Positions 8,556-17,500 of a DNA stretch of 41,937 bases are shown one piece after another (position 1 is the stretch's first letter; each line of letters begins with the position of its first letter). The notes beneath the pieces are model-generated. The model made no database searches and was not told the origin of the DNA. It worked only from the letters and a program-made list of their open reading frames with translations. A program made the position numbers and the translations under genes. The DNA lies in the IMG/VR virus record IMGVR_UViG_3300036797_000056, positions 1 to 41,937 of that record; one strand, 5' to 3'. This DNA comes from a virus. Taxonomy: Duplodnaviria; Caudoviricetes.

Positions 8556-10598
8556 ATGGAAGCCAAGCTGAGCGTTGGCGGCAGTCTCATGCACTCTGAT
8601 CGGAAGCCCGACTTCAGTGGTTGGGCAACCAAGGTCGGAATCAAGTGCTCGGACGGTCGCACGATCTCTGCGAATGCGTTCGCGCACCAGGATCAGACGA
8701 CAGTTCCTCTGGTTTGGCAGCACAATCACGGCGATCCGGGCAATGTGCTCGGTCACGTGCTGCTGCACAACCGCGGAGATGAAGGGGTGTATGCTCACGG
8801 ATTCTTCAATGAAACACAGCAGGCCAAGAACGCCAAGCAGCTGGTCGAGCATGGCGATATCAAGGCTCTGTCGATCTTCGCCAACCAGCTTCAGGAGAAG
8901 GCGTCGGCAGTCATGCACGGCATCATCCGTGAAGTCAGTCTGGTACTGGCGGGTGCCAACCCCGGAGCCTTGATCGACAATCTCGTCCTCAAGCATGGTG
9001 ATGACTTGGTCACCATCGATGATGAGGCAATCGTCTACACCGGTCTCGAGATCTCCCATGGGGACAAGACGGCCGACACGGATGGCGATGGAGACAAGAG
9101 TGGGGACACGGATGGTGACGGCGATACCGTCCAGAGTGTCTACGACTCGATGAACGACCAGCAGAAGAACGTCGTTCACTACATGGTGGGCGCAGCGATG
9201 GAAAGCGCCTCAAGTTCAGCTGAGCATTCTGCCACCGCGGCTGATGCTTCATCAACTCAGAACAAGAAGGATGGAACTCATATGTCGCGGAACGTCTTCG
9301 AGCAGAACGCGGGCACTCAGACCGCGCCTGCGGCAGGGGACCCGAAGTACGCGCTCAGCCACGACGCCGTCAAGGGAATCGTTGCCGACGCGCAGAAGAA
9401 CGGCTCCCTCAAGGAAGCTGTTGAGCGGTACGCTCTCGCCCACGGGATCAACGACATCCAGTTGCTGTTCCCGGAGTTCAGGGCGCTCCAGTCGACGCCG
9501 CAGTTCCAGACCCGTCGCATCGAGTGGGTCGCCGGAGTTCTCGGCGCCGTCAGCCACACGCCGTTCAGCCGGATCAAGCAGCTGGTTGCCGATCTGACCC
9601 AGGAGCAGGCTCGCGCCAAGGGTTACATCAAGGGCAACCTGAAGAAGGAGGAATGGTTTAGCGTTACTCGTCGGACGACGACTCCGACCACGATCTACAA
9701 GAAGCAGAAGCTGGATCGTGACGACATCATCGACATCACCGACTTCGACGTCGTGGCCTGGCTTCAGGTCGAGATGCGGATGATGCTCGACGAGGAAATC
9801 GCCCGCGCAATCCTCATCGGCGATGGTCGTGACGTCGACGACGAGGACAAGATCAAGGACCCGGCCGCTGTTACGGATGGTGCCGGTATCCGTTCGATCA
9901 TGAACGAGCATGAGCTGTACGCGGCCGAGGTGTTCGTCAACATCGATGATGCAAGCTCCTCGATGAACGAGGTCACCGATGAGATTGTCTCGGCGATGCG
10001 GTTCTACCGCGGTTCGGGCAACCCGACGTTCTACACGACGCTGCCCGTCCTCACGAAGCTCCTGCTCACCCGAGACACGCTGGGTCGACGTCTGTACCGC
10101 ACCGCTGCCGACGTCGCTGCCGAGATCGGTTGCGATGGCATCGTTGCATGCGAGGCGCTCGAGTCGGAGCCGAATCTCCTGGGGATTATCGTGAACCTCA
10201 GGGACTACAACATCGGTGCTGACAAGGGCGGAGAGATCAACATGTTTGATTTCTTCGACATCGACTACAACCAGCAGAAGTACCTGATCGAGACCCGGGT
10301 TTCCGGTGCCCTCACCAAGATCAGGTCTGCGATCGTGGTCAAGAAGACGGCGGGTGCCAACGTCCTCGTGACGCCGGTTGCTCCGACGCAGGCTGACAAC
10401 ACGATCAGCGGCATCAACCAGGCGCATGTGACCTACACGGTCACGGATTCCACCGGTACTCCGGTCACGGTTACTGGTGGTGCTGCGACGATCGCCAGCG
10501 CAGACGTTTCGCCGGTCACGGTTCGCGCGACTCCGGCCTCGGGTTACTACTTCGAGAGTGACGTCGAGGACTTCTGGGCGTACGAGTACCAGGCATAG
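8556..10598 (+). CDS. Fused prohead protease, scaffold and major capsid protein (HK97-like)
   Basis: Protease motifs VPLVWQHNH, LSIFAN, REVSLVLAGANPGA; acidic linker; capsid LDEEIARAILIGDG and YLIETRVSGAL; strong C/G third-position bias. Confidence 0.9.
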   Translation: MEAKLSVGGSLMHSDRKPDFSGWATKVGIKCSDGRTISANAFAHQDQTTVPLVWQHNHGDPGNVLGHVLLHNRGDEGVYAHGFFNETQQAKNAKQLVEHGDIKALSIFANQLQEKASAVMHGIIREVSLVLAGANPGALIDNLVLKHGDDLVTIDDEAIVYTGLEISHGDKTADTDGDGDKSGDTDGDGDTVQSVYDSMNDQQKNVVHYMVGAAMESASSSAEHSATAADASSTQNKKDGTHMSRNVFEQNAGTQTAPAAGDPKYALSHDAVKGIVADAQKNGSLKEAVERYALAHGINDIQLLFPEFRALQSTPQFQTRRIEWVAGVLGAVSHTPFSRIKQLVADLTQEQARAKGYIKGNLKKEEWFSVTRRTTTPTTIYKKQKLDRDDIIDITDFDVVAWLQVEMRMMLDEEIARAILIGDGRDVDDEDKIKDPAAVTDGAGIRSIMNEHELYAAEVFVNIDDASSSMNEVTDEIVSAMRFYRGSGNPTFYTTLPVLTKLLLTRDTLGRRLYRTAADVAAEIGCDGIVACEALESEPNLLGIIVNLRDYNIGADKGGEINMFDFFDIDYNQQKYLIETRVSGALTKIRSAIVVKKTAGANVLVTPVAPTQADNTISGINQAHVTYTVTDSTGTPVTVTGGAATIASADVSPVTVRATPASGYYFESDVEDFWAYEYQA

Positions 10599-10609
10599 CC
10601 CGGTAGACC

Positions 10610-10933
10610 ATGAGGTTCCACGGTGCAGTCGGCTACGGCGATACTGTGGAGACAACGCCCGGGGTGTGGGAAGATGTCATTACCGAGAAGTCATATTACG
10701 GTGATGTCGAAAATAACGCACTCCGGGCGGCTCAGGGTAATGAAGTTGCAGAAACCATTACCCTTTCAAACTCCATCAGTGTCGTTGCTGATGCGTATGC
10801 GAATGAAAACTTTTCGAATATTCGCTATGTAGTGTGGAATGGTGTTCGTTGGACGGTTAATACAGTAACGATTGATCGTCCAAGACTCATTCTATATCTT
10901 GGGGAGGTGTACAATGGGCCGATCCCGGTCTGA
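10610..10933 (+). CDS. Head closure/stopper protein
   Basis: 107 aa, beta-rich, immediately after capsid; IRYVVWNGVRWTV. Confidence 0.65.
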   Translation: MRFHGAVGYGDTVETTPGVWEDVITEKSYYGDVENNALRAAQGNEVAETITLSNSISVVADAYANENFSNIRYVVWNGVRWTVNTVTIDRPRLILYLGEVYNGPIPV

Positions 10934-11216
10934 TTTACACACCGCGTTGGTTGAAGTAACACCACACGCGTATTTCCAACCCCAAGCAAATGTGACAATG
11001 GAGTATCCCTGCATTGTTTATCAACGCGACTTCTCAAAAGTTGATTTCGCTGATGATATTCCCTACCACGGGTCTAAGCGCTATCAGCTGACAGTAATTG
11101 ATCGAAATCCGGACAGTGAAATCCCGGATCAGATAGAAGCTATGCGCTTCTGCGCATTCAGCCGCTTCTTCGTGGCTGATGGTCTAAATCATTTCGTCTT
11201 CAGACTATATTTCTGA
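10914..11216 (+). CDS. Tail terminator-like protein
   Basis: YFQP...MEYPCIVY, YQLTVIDRNPDS; GGAGG RBS before ATG 10914; precedes the tail tube gene. Confidence 0.65.
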   Translation: MGRSRSDLHTALVEVTPHAYFQPQANVTMEYPCIVYQRDFSKVDFADDIPYHGSKRYQLTVIDRNPDSEIPDQIEAMRFCAFSRFFVADGLNHFVFRLYF

Positions 11217-11225
11217 AAGGAAACC

Positions 11226-12104
11226 ATGTCAAAGCTTGCATGGGACGTCAGCGGCGAGCGCCTGTATGAAGCTGGCGTCGACAAGGGCGTTCTCTTCATT
11301 CCGGACGACACGGGGGCATACGCCAACGGGTTCGCCTGGAACGGTCTCACCGATGTCACGGAGGCTCCCACGGGTGCTGCCGCGACTCCGCAGTACGCCG
11401 ACAACACGAAGTACCTGAACCTGATCTCGACGGAGTTCTTCGCGGGCACCATCGGGGCATTCACGTACCCGGACGAGTTCGGTCAGTGCGATGGTACCGA
11501 CGAACCGCAGCCCGGTGTTCGCATCGGTCAGCAGTCTCGCAAGACGTTCGGTCTGTGCTACCGCACCAAGGTCGGTAACGATCTGGCAGGAACGGATCAC
11601 GGCTACAAGCTGCACCTTGTGTACGGCTTGACCGCGGCCCCGACCTCCAAGGCGTACACAACGATCAACGATCAGCCTGCGGCAATCGCGTTCAGCTGGG
11701 CGATTGAGTCGATTCCGGTTGCGGTGACGGGGCTCAAGCCGACGTCGCTGATCGTGGTTGACTCGACCATCGTCGGTGCAGACGAGCTGACAACGCTCGA
11801 GAACGCGCTGTACGGCACGGATGGAACGGATCCGTATCTTCCGCTTCCGGATGACGTCGTTGCGATGTTCGCTGGTGAGGTCACGATGGTCCGTCTGGTT
11901 GGAGCCAATGCTCCGGCGTACAACGCGGGCACGCATGTGCTCACGCTTCCGGCGGTCACTGGTGTCTCGTGGTTCATCAACGGTGTCCGCAAGGATCCGG
12001 GTGCACAGCCCGCTCTTGCCGATGGCGACACAGCGGTCATCACGGCGCAGGCAAACGCTGGTTACGAGATCACCGGCGACAACGACTGGACGTACGACTT
12101 CTAG
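11226..12104 (+). CDS. Major tail tube protein with C-terminal Ig-like extension
   Basis: LAWD..GERLYEAGVDKGVLF, AWNGLT.V, YADN.KY, AFTYPDEF; highly biased codons. Confidence 0.88.
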   Translation: MSKLAWDVSGERLYEAGVDKGVLFIPDDTGAYANGFAWNGLTDVTEAPTGAAATPQYADNTKYLNLISTEFFAGTIGAFTYPDEFGQCDGTDEPQPGVRIGQQSRKTFGLCYRTKVGNDLAGTDHGYKLHLVYGLTAAPTSKAYTTINDQPAAIAFSWAIESIPVAVTGLKPTSLIVVDSTIVGADELTTLENALYGTDGTDPYLPLPDDVVAMFAGEVTMVRLVGANAPAYNAGTHVLTLPAVTGVSWFINGVRKDPGAQPALADGDTAVITAQANAGYEITGDNDWTYDF

Positions 12105-12126
12105 TCGATAGCAGAAAGGCCAGAGA

Positions 12127-12666
12127 ATGCTCAAACTTACAGTTCTAGGTAGTGAAGTATTTGACGAAACAACGTCTGAGTTCAAGACCTCCGGGGACGT
12201 TGTACTAGAACTGGAGCATTCTCTGGTCAGTCTGTCAAAATGGGAGTCAGAATTTGAGAAACCATTCCTTACGAATGATCCAAAATCTGTAGATGAGATT
12301 GTGGGTTACGTAAAGGCAATGTGTCTCACTCCTGATATTCCGGAAACGATTTTCAAAAAACTCTCCGGGGAGAATTTTCAGGAAATCAATTTATACATTG
12401 ATTCAACGATGAGTGCTACTACTTTCAGTGAACGAAGACCTCAACGATCACAGGAGATTGTTACCTCAGAGTTGATCTACTACTGGATGACGGTCTATAA
12501 CATTCCGTTCGAATGCGAGACCTGGCATCTCAATAGGCTGTTCACACTTATCCGCATCTGCAACATTAAACAGGATAAGCCTAAGCCAATGAGTCGTGCT
12601 GATCAGGCTGCTGAACAGCGCAGGCTTAATGCAGAACGTAGAGCACGATTCAACTCAACCGGCTGA
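12127..12666 (+). CDS. Putative tail assembly chaperone
   Basis: Follows the tail tube gene; LEHSLVSLSKWES, TSELIYYWM, WHLNRL; function inferred from position. Confidence 0.55.
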   Translation: MLKLTVLGSEVFDETTSEFKTSGDVVLELEHSLVSLSKWESEFEKPFLTNDPKSVDEIVGYVKAMCLTPDIPETIFKKLSGENFQEINLYIDSTMSATTFSERRPQRSQEIVTSELIYYWMTVYNIPFECETWHLNRLFTLIRICNIKQDKPKPMSRADQAAEQRRLNAERRARFNSTG

Positions 12667-12676
12667 CGGAGGTGAC

Positions 12677-13489
12677 ATGACAGCCCTGACATGGAGCACG
12701 CCGGGTTCCCGTAACCACGATTACGGCGTTGATCATGGTGTGTTGTATCTGACGGATGGTACGGCGGTTCCGTGGAACGGTTTGACAAGTGTGACCGATA
12801 CCACGTCAAAATCGACTAAGCCCTTCTACATGGACGGCCGTCTCTTTCTCAACCAGCAGATACCCGGCGACTTCACTGGCACACTCAAGGCATTCACATA
12901 TCCTGATGAGTTCGAAGCTGTGATGGGTACTGCTGAACTAGGCACCGGACTGTTTCTCAAGGACCAACCCGCTGGGTCGTTCCATCTTTCTTGGCGTTCA
13001 TATCGCAAGAACGAGAAGCAGATCAATCTGCAAACCCAATCGGCCATTGTCGTCACTGATAATGGTGATGGAACATGGACGGCATCTGGTCCAGGGGCAC
13101 AGTTCTTTCTTGGTGATCAATTCCAGATTCAAGGCGCAAATGTTGTCTGGATTGACGACAACACGTTTGAGATCTCGTCATCAGAGACTGACCAGAACTA
13201 CATCATTCATGTGGTGTTCAATCTTCAGGCCATTCCGGCCAATGTCGATTACGCGACTATCACAGACCAGATCTCACCAATCGAGTTTGAGTGGACGTTG
13301 AGTTCTATTCCTGGAAACATCACAAATCGTCGACCTAGTGCGCATATTCTGGTTGACGCAGCAAAGGTTGATGATGTGTTCAAGATGGCTTCAATCGAAG
13401 AGCTTCTATATGGCACTTTCACCACAGATCCAAATTTGACAGATGCTCAGTCTCTGATCACAGCAATTCAAACCATTCTCAGCTCGTAA
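12677..13489 (+). CDS. Second tail-tube-like protein (paralog of 11226-12104)
   Basis: GVDHGVLY, WNGLTSV and AFTYPDEF are shared with the major tail protein; GGAGG RBS before ATG 12677. Confidence 0.8.
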   Translation: MTALTWSTPGSRNHDYGVDHGVLYLTDGTAVPWNGLTSVTDTTSKSTKPFYMDGRLFLNQQIPGDFTGTLKAFTYPDEFEAVMGTAELGTGLFLKDQPAGSFHLSWRSYRKNEKQINLQTQSAIVVTDNGDGTWTASGPGAQFFLGDQFQIQGANVVWIDDNTFEISSSETDQNYIIHVVFNLQAIPANVDYATITDQISPIEFEWTLSSIPGNITNRRPSAHILVDAAKVDDVFKMASIEELLYGTFTTDPNLTDAQSLITAIQTILSS

Positions 13490-13498
13490 GGAGTAATC

Positions 13499-14140
13499 AT
13501 GGCGGCAGTTACCGGCCTTACGGCTGCAAGGATGCAAGAAATCATCAACGACCAGATGGCATCGGCGTCTGTTGTTGGCGATAATCTTGTCATTGTGAAG
13601 AACGATGGTTCTGCGATAAATGCTGGTAATGTTCGTGGAGCTAAGGGTGATACGGGTACCCTTGCTGGTATGGCTGGAGTCAAGACTCGCTGTACAACAG
13701 CTGACGCTGTGGCTGCTCCGCCATCTGGGTTTGCTTTTCATTTGGGCCAGGTTGTTCTCAACATACAAGAGTTCAGTACTGATGAAACTATTCTGTACTG
13801 GAATGGTCCTGGCGCAGGTCGAATTCAAGTTCTTGAAGGCGGCCTATATGCTGTTGAAGGTAATGTTTCTGTAAATTTCACTTCAGGAAACACCGTTCGT
13901 ACTGCTCAAATGAGAGCTGAAATTGGAATTGGTGGAGACCCAGCAGATAGTGGTGATGTAGTTAGTGGAAATACAGTGAATTTTGACACTTCTCTGAGCC
14001 AAACTTTGGTTTCCACTGTTTCGGGGATTTTCAATCTTCCTGCAGATGCTTTCCTCGAGTTGGATTACTACTACGGTTTCCAACATACACTCCATAACGA
14101 ACTAGGTCACAACATCATGTCCGTCCACCGAGTTGGGTAA
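13499..14140 (+). CDS. Minor tail protein with C1q-like C-terminus
   Basis: VTGLTAARM N-terminus, AGNVRGAKGDTG short collagen-like link, GRIQVLEGGLYAV. Confidence 0.6.
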   Translation: MAAVTGLTAARMQEIINDQMASASVVGDNLVIVKNDGSAINAGNVRGAKGDTGTLAGMAGVKTRCTTADAVAAPPSGFAFHLGQVVLNIQEFSTDETILYWNGPGAGRIQVLEGGLYAVEGNVSVNFTSGNTVRTAQMRAEIGIGGDPADSGDVVSGNTVNFDTSLSQTLVSTVSGIFNLPADAFLELDYYYGFQHTLHNELGHNIMSVHRVG

Positions 14141-14529
14141 TGAAGATCGGCTTTACGAGCCATGGTGACTGGAGCAAAACTGAAGAGTTTCTACGTACTG
14201 CCCCTACGAAAGATATTTCTGCTGCTTTAGGAGCATACGGAGATCGTGGTGTCGCTGCTCTAGCTGCCGCAACTCCAACAGACACTGGTGAGACCGCAAA
14301 CTCCTGGTATTACGAGCTTGTCCATCGCAAGGGATATTGGTCCATACGATGGCATAACCGGCATGTTGACGGGAACGGAGAGCCAATTGCGGTCCTTCTT
14401 CAATATGGTCATGGAACTCGTAATGGCGGCTATGTGCAGGGTATTGATTACATCATGCCTGCTATTAGACCGATATTCGATGAAATCGCAAACGAAGCCT
14501 GGAAGGTGGTGACAAATGGCGGAAATTGA
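14140..14529 (+). CDS. HK97 gp10-like neck/tail completion protein
   Basis: ATPTDTGETANSW, LQYGHGT, DYIMPAI. Confidence 0.65.
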   Translation: MKIGFTSHGDWSKTEEFLRTAPTKDISAALGAYGDRGVAALAAATPTDTGETANSWYYELVHRKGYWSIRWHNRHVDGNGEPIAVLLQYGHGTRNGGYVQGIDYIMPAIRPIFDEIANEAWKVVTNGGN

Positions 14530-17500
14530 TGATCGCGTAGTAGCGATGAGCTTTGAGGGTGACAAGTTCCAATCAGGTGCAGAGCATGCACTTGGGACAC
14601 TTGGTCGATTGAAGGAGGCACTCGGTTTTGGTGGTGCTTCTAAGGGTCTCTCAGAGCTTGAGAATCAGGTTGGACGTTTCAGTATGGGTGGTATGGCGTC
14701 CAAGATTTCTGATTCTGTTCATCATTTTAGTTTGCTCAAGCTTGCTGGAATCTCTGCCATTGCCTCCATCACCAATCGTGCGGTCAATGCCGGGATCACC
14801 TTTGCCAAAGCCTTTACGATCGATCCGATCAAAGCAGGCTTCGCGAGTTACGAAGAGCAGATCAATGCTGTTCAAACCATTACGGCCAACACTGGTCTTA
14901 AAGGCGCGAAGGGCATGCAGCAGATCAATGATGTTCTTCACCAGCTGCAGATCTACGCCAATAAAACGGTGTACAGCTTCAGCGATATGGCGAGGAACAT
15001 TGGTACCTTCACCGCTGCTGGCGTCAACCTCAAAACGTCAGAGCAGTCGATTGAGGGCATTGCCAACCTGGCTGCTGCGTCAGGCTCGAGTGCTCAGCAG
15101 GCTTCGTCGGCGATGTACCAGCTGTCACAGGCAATCGCTGCTGGACAGGTGCATCTTCAGGACTGGAACTCGGTTGTCAACGCGGGCATTGGTGGTAAGC
15201 TCTTTCAAAATGCATTGGTACAAACCGGCATTGCGATGGGGACGATCAACAAGAACGCAGTCAAGTCTGTTGGTCCGATGCATTCGCTTACGATCAATGG
15301 TAATGCGTTCCGCAACTCACTGACGCCGAAGAAGGGCCAGCCATCTTGGTTGACGTCCGAGGTTCTGACAACAACGCTGTCAAACTTCACGGGTCAGATC
15401 AGCAAGGCCAAGCTTGCATCTGAGGGCTTCACAGCCGAACAGATCAAGGCAATCGAAGCTCAGGCCAAGGTTGCCACAGAAGCTGCAACCAAGATCAAGA
15501 CTTTCAGTCAGCTGACGCAAGCGTTGAAAGAGGAAGTTGCCACCGCTTACGGTGCAATCTTCAAAACAATCTTCGGCAACATCGGTCAGGCCAAGACGTT
15601 GTTCTCATCGCTGCATACGTTCTTTGAGAACGCGTTGACCAATCCGTTGTACCACTTCAATACGTTGTTACAACAAGCAGTCAAATTGGGAGCCCGCTCT
15701 GATTTTATCCAAGGGTTCAAGAATCTTGGTAAGGACATTGGCTCTGTCATAACACCACTGAAGGAAGCCTTCCGGGACATTTTCCCCAAGACGACTGCAA
15801 ATGCAATTGTCACCTTTGCGGAGAAATTCAAGGAGATCACCGCTTCACTCAGGGTTGGTACCAAGACTGGTACTGAGCTGCGCGATACGTTCAAAGGCAT
15901 CTTTGCGGTCTTTGACATTGGTCGTCAGATCGTTGTGGGTTTGTTCCATGTGCTGGGCGATCTATTCAGCGCAGGCCGAAAAAACTCCGGGGGTTTTCTT
16001 GCCATAACAGCCGCCATTGGCAACTGGCTACAGAAACTGGATGAGGCAATTCGTAAGGGTGGGGCGTTCACCCATTTCTTCCAGGATCTTGGTCACTATG
16101 TCAGTGAGGCTGCGCATTTCCTTGGCTTGATTCCTGCCGCAATTGCTGGGCTCTTCAATGGGTTCCAAAGCAAGGAAGCTGACAAGATCAGTGGTACGTT
16201 CGGCAGCATTGGAAGCGGAGCCGACACCATCAGAACGAAGCTCGATGAAGCTGGGCAAAATGTCCGGCGGTTCTTTTCCGCCATAGGCTCAGACATCGGG
16301 TCGGCGCTAAAGGGTGTCAACTGGAATGCCTCTCTTACTGCAGTCAATGTTGGCCTGTTTGGCGGCATATTCCTGCTCTTCAGAAAGCTCGTCTCTAAGA
16401 TCACTTCAGGTTTTAAGCTTGATCTTAGCGGTGGCCTAATTGGCAAGGTCAAAGAGTCATTCGAGGCTCTGACCGGCACGTTTGAAGGGATGCAGAAGAA
16501 CCTGAAGGCCGATGCGCTCGAGAAGATCGCGATCGCGATCGGTGTTCTGGCCGGATCTCTGGCTCTTCTGTCAACCATTGATGGTGAGAAGCTGAAGGTT
16601 TCGCTTGGAGCATTGGCGGTTGCTTTCGCTGAACTGCTGACTGCGCTCAAGGTGTTGTCGGGTATCTCTGGTGGTGCCGCCGGTCTCAAATTACCAGTTG
16701 TGGCCAGCGGTTTGATCCTGTTGTCTACAGCGATTGCTGGGCTAGTTGGCTCTGTATATTTGCTGTCACGACTAAGTTGGGATCAATTGAAGAAGGGTCT
16801 AGCTGGTGTAGCCGCTCTTCTTACCGCAATCTCTGTTGCTTCGATTCCGCTGTCAGCCAACTCGGCTGGAATGATCCGCGCGGGCCTTGGTGTGACAGCC
16901 ATTGCCGGTGCCATGATCATTCTTGCCCGAGCCGTCAAGGACTTTGGCCAGATGGATCTGAAAGTCCTAGCTAAGGGCATCGGTGCGGTTGCTGTGTCGA
17001 TTACAGCAATCGGTCTGGCTGCAAATGTGTTTCCCAAGGGAATGGTCCTGATTGGGGCTGGTCTCCTTGCGATAGCCACAGCCATGCTTCTGCTGACAAA
17101 ATCGGTTGCTAAGTTCGGTGGTATGGATCTGAAGACTCTTGGTAAGGGTATTCTGTCCATGGCTGCTGCACTTACAGCGATTGGTCTAGCAGTTCGGACA
17201 ATGCCGAAGAGCTTGGCTCTACAGGCTGTTGGTCTGGATCTGATCGCACTCGCACTCGGGCATATTGTCAAGGCCGTAGCTGGCTTTGGCTCTCTGAGCA
17301 TGACTTCACTAGCTAAGGGCCTGGGAGGGCTTGCGGCTTCGCTGGGAATTCTTGTTCTTGCGCTCCGTGGTGTGGAAGGTGCAACTAAGGGTGCTCTGGC
17401 GCTTGCGGTTATTGGTTTCGCAATCAATACGCTTGCTAAGGGTGTTATTGCCCTGGGTCATCAGAGTATCGGTGATCTAGCCAAGGGCCTAGGTGCTCTT

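Noticed and set aside
9252-10655. 467 aa minus-strand ORF (also 11229-12185, 28571-29347 and others)
   Set aside because: Antisense shadows of genes with strong C/G third-position bias; no RBS and no recognisable motifs
12127-13489. Tail chaperone programmed frameshift into ORF 12596
   Set aside because: The downstream gene has its own GGAGG RBS and ATG at 12677 and is a tube paralog; no convincing slippery site at the junction
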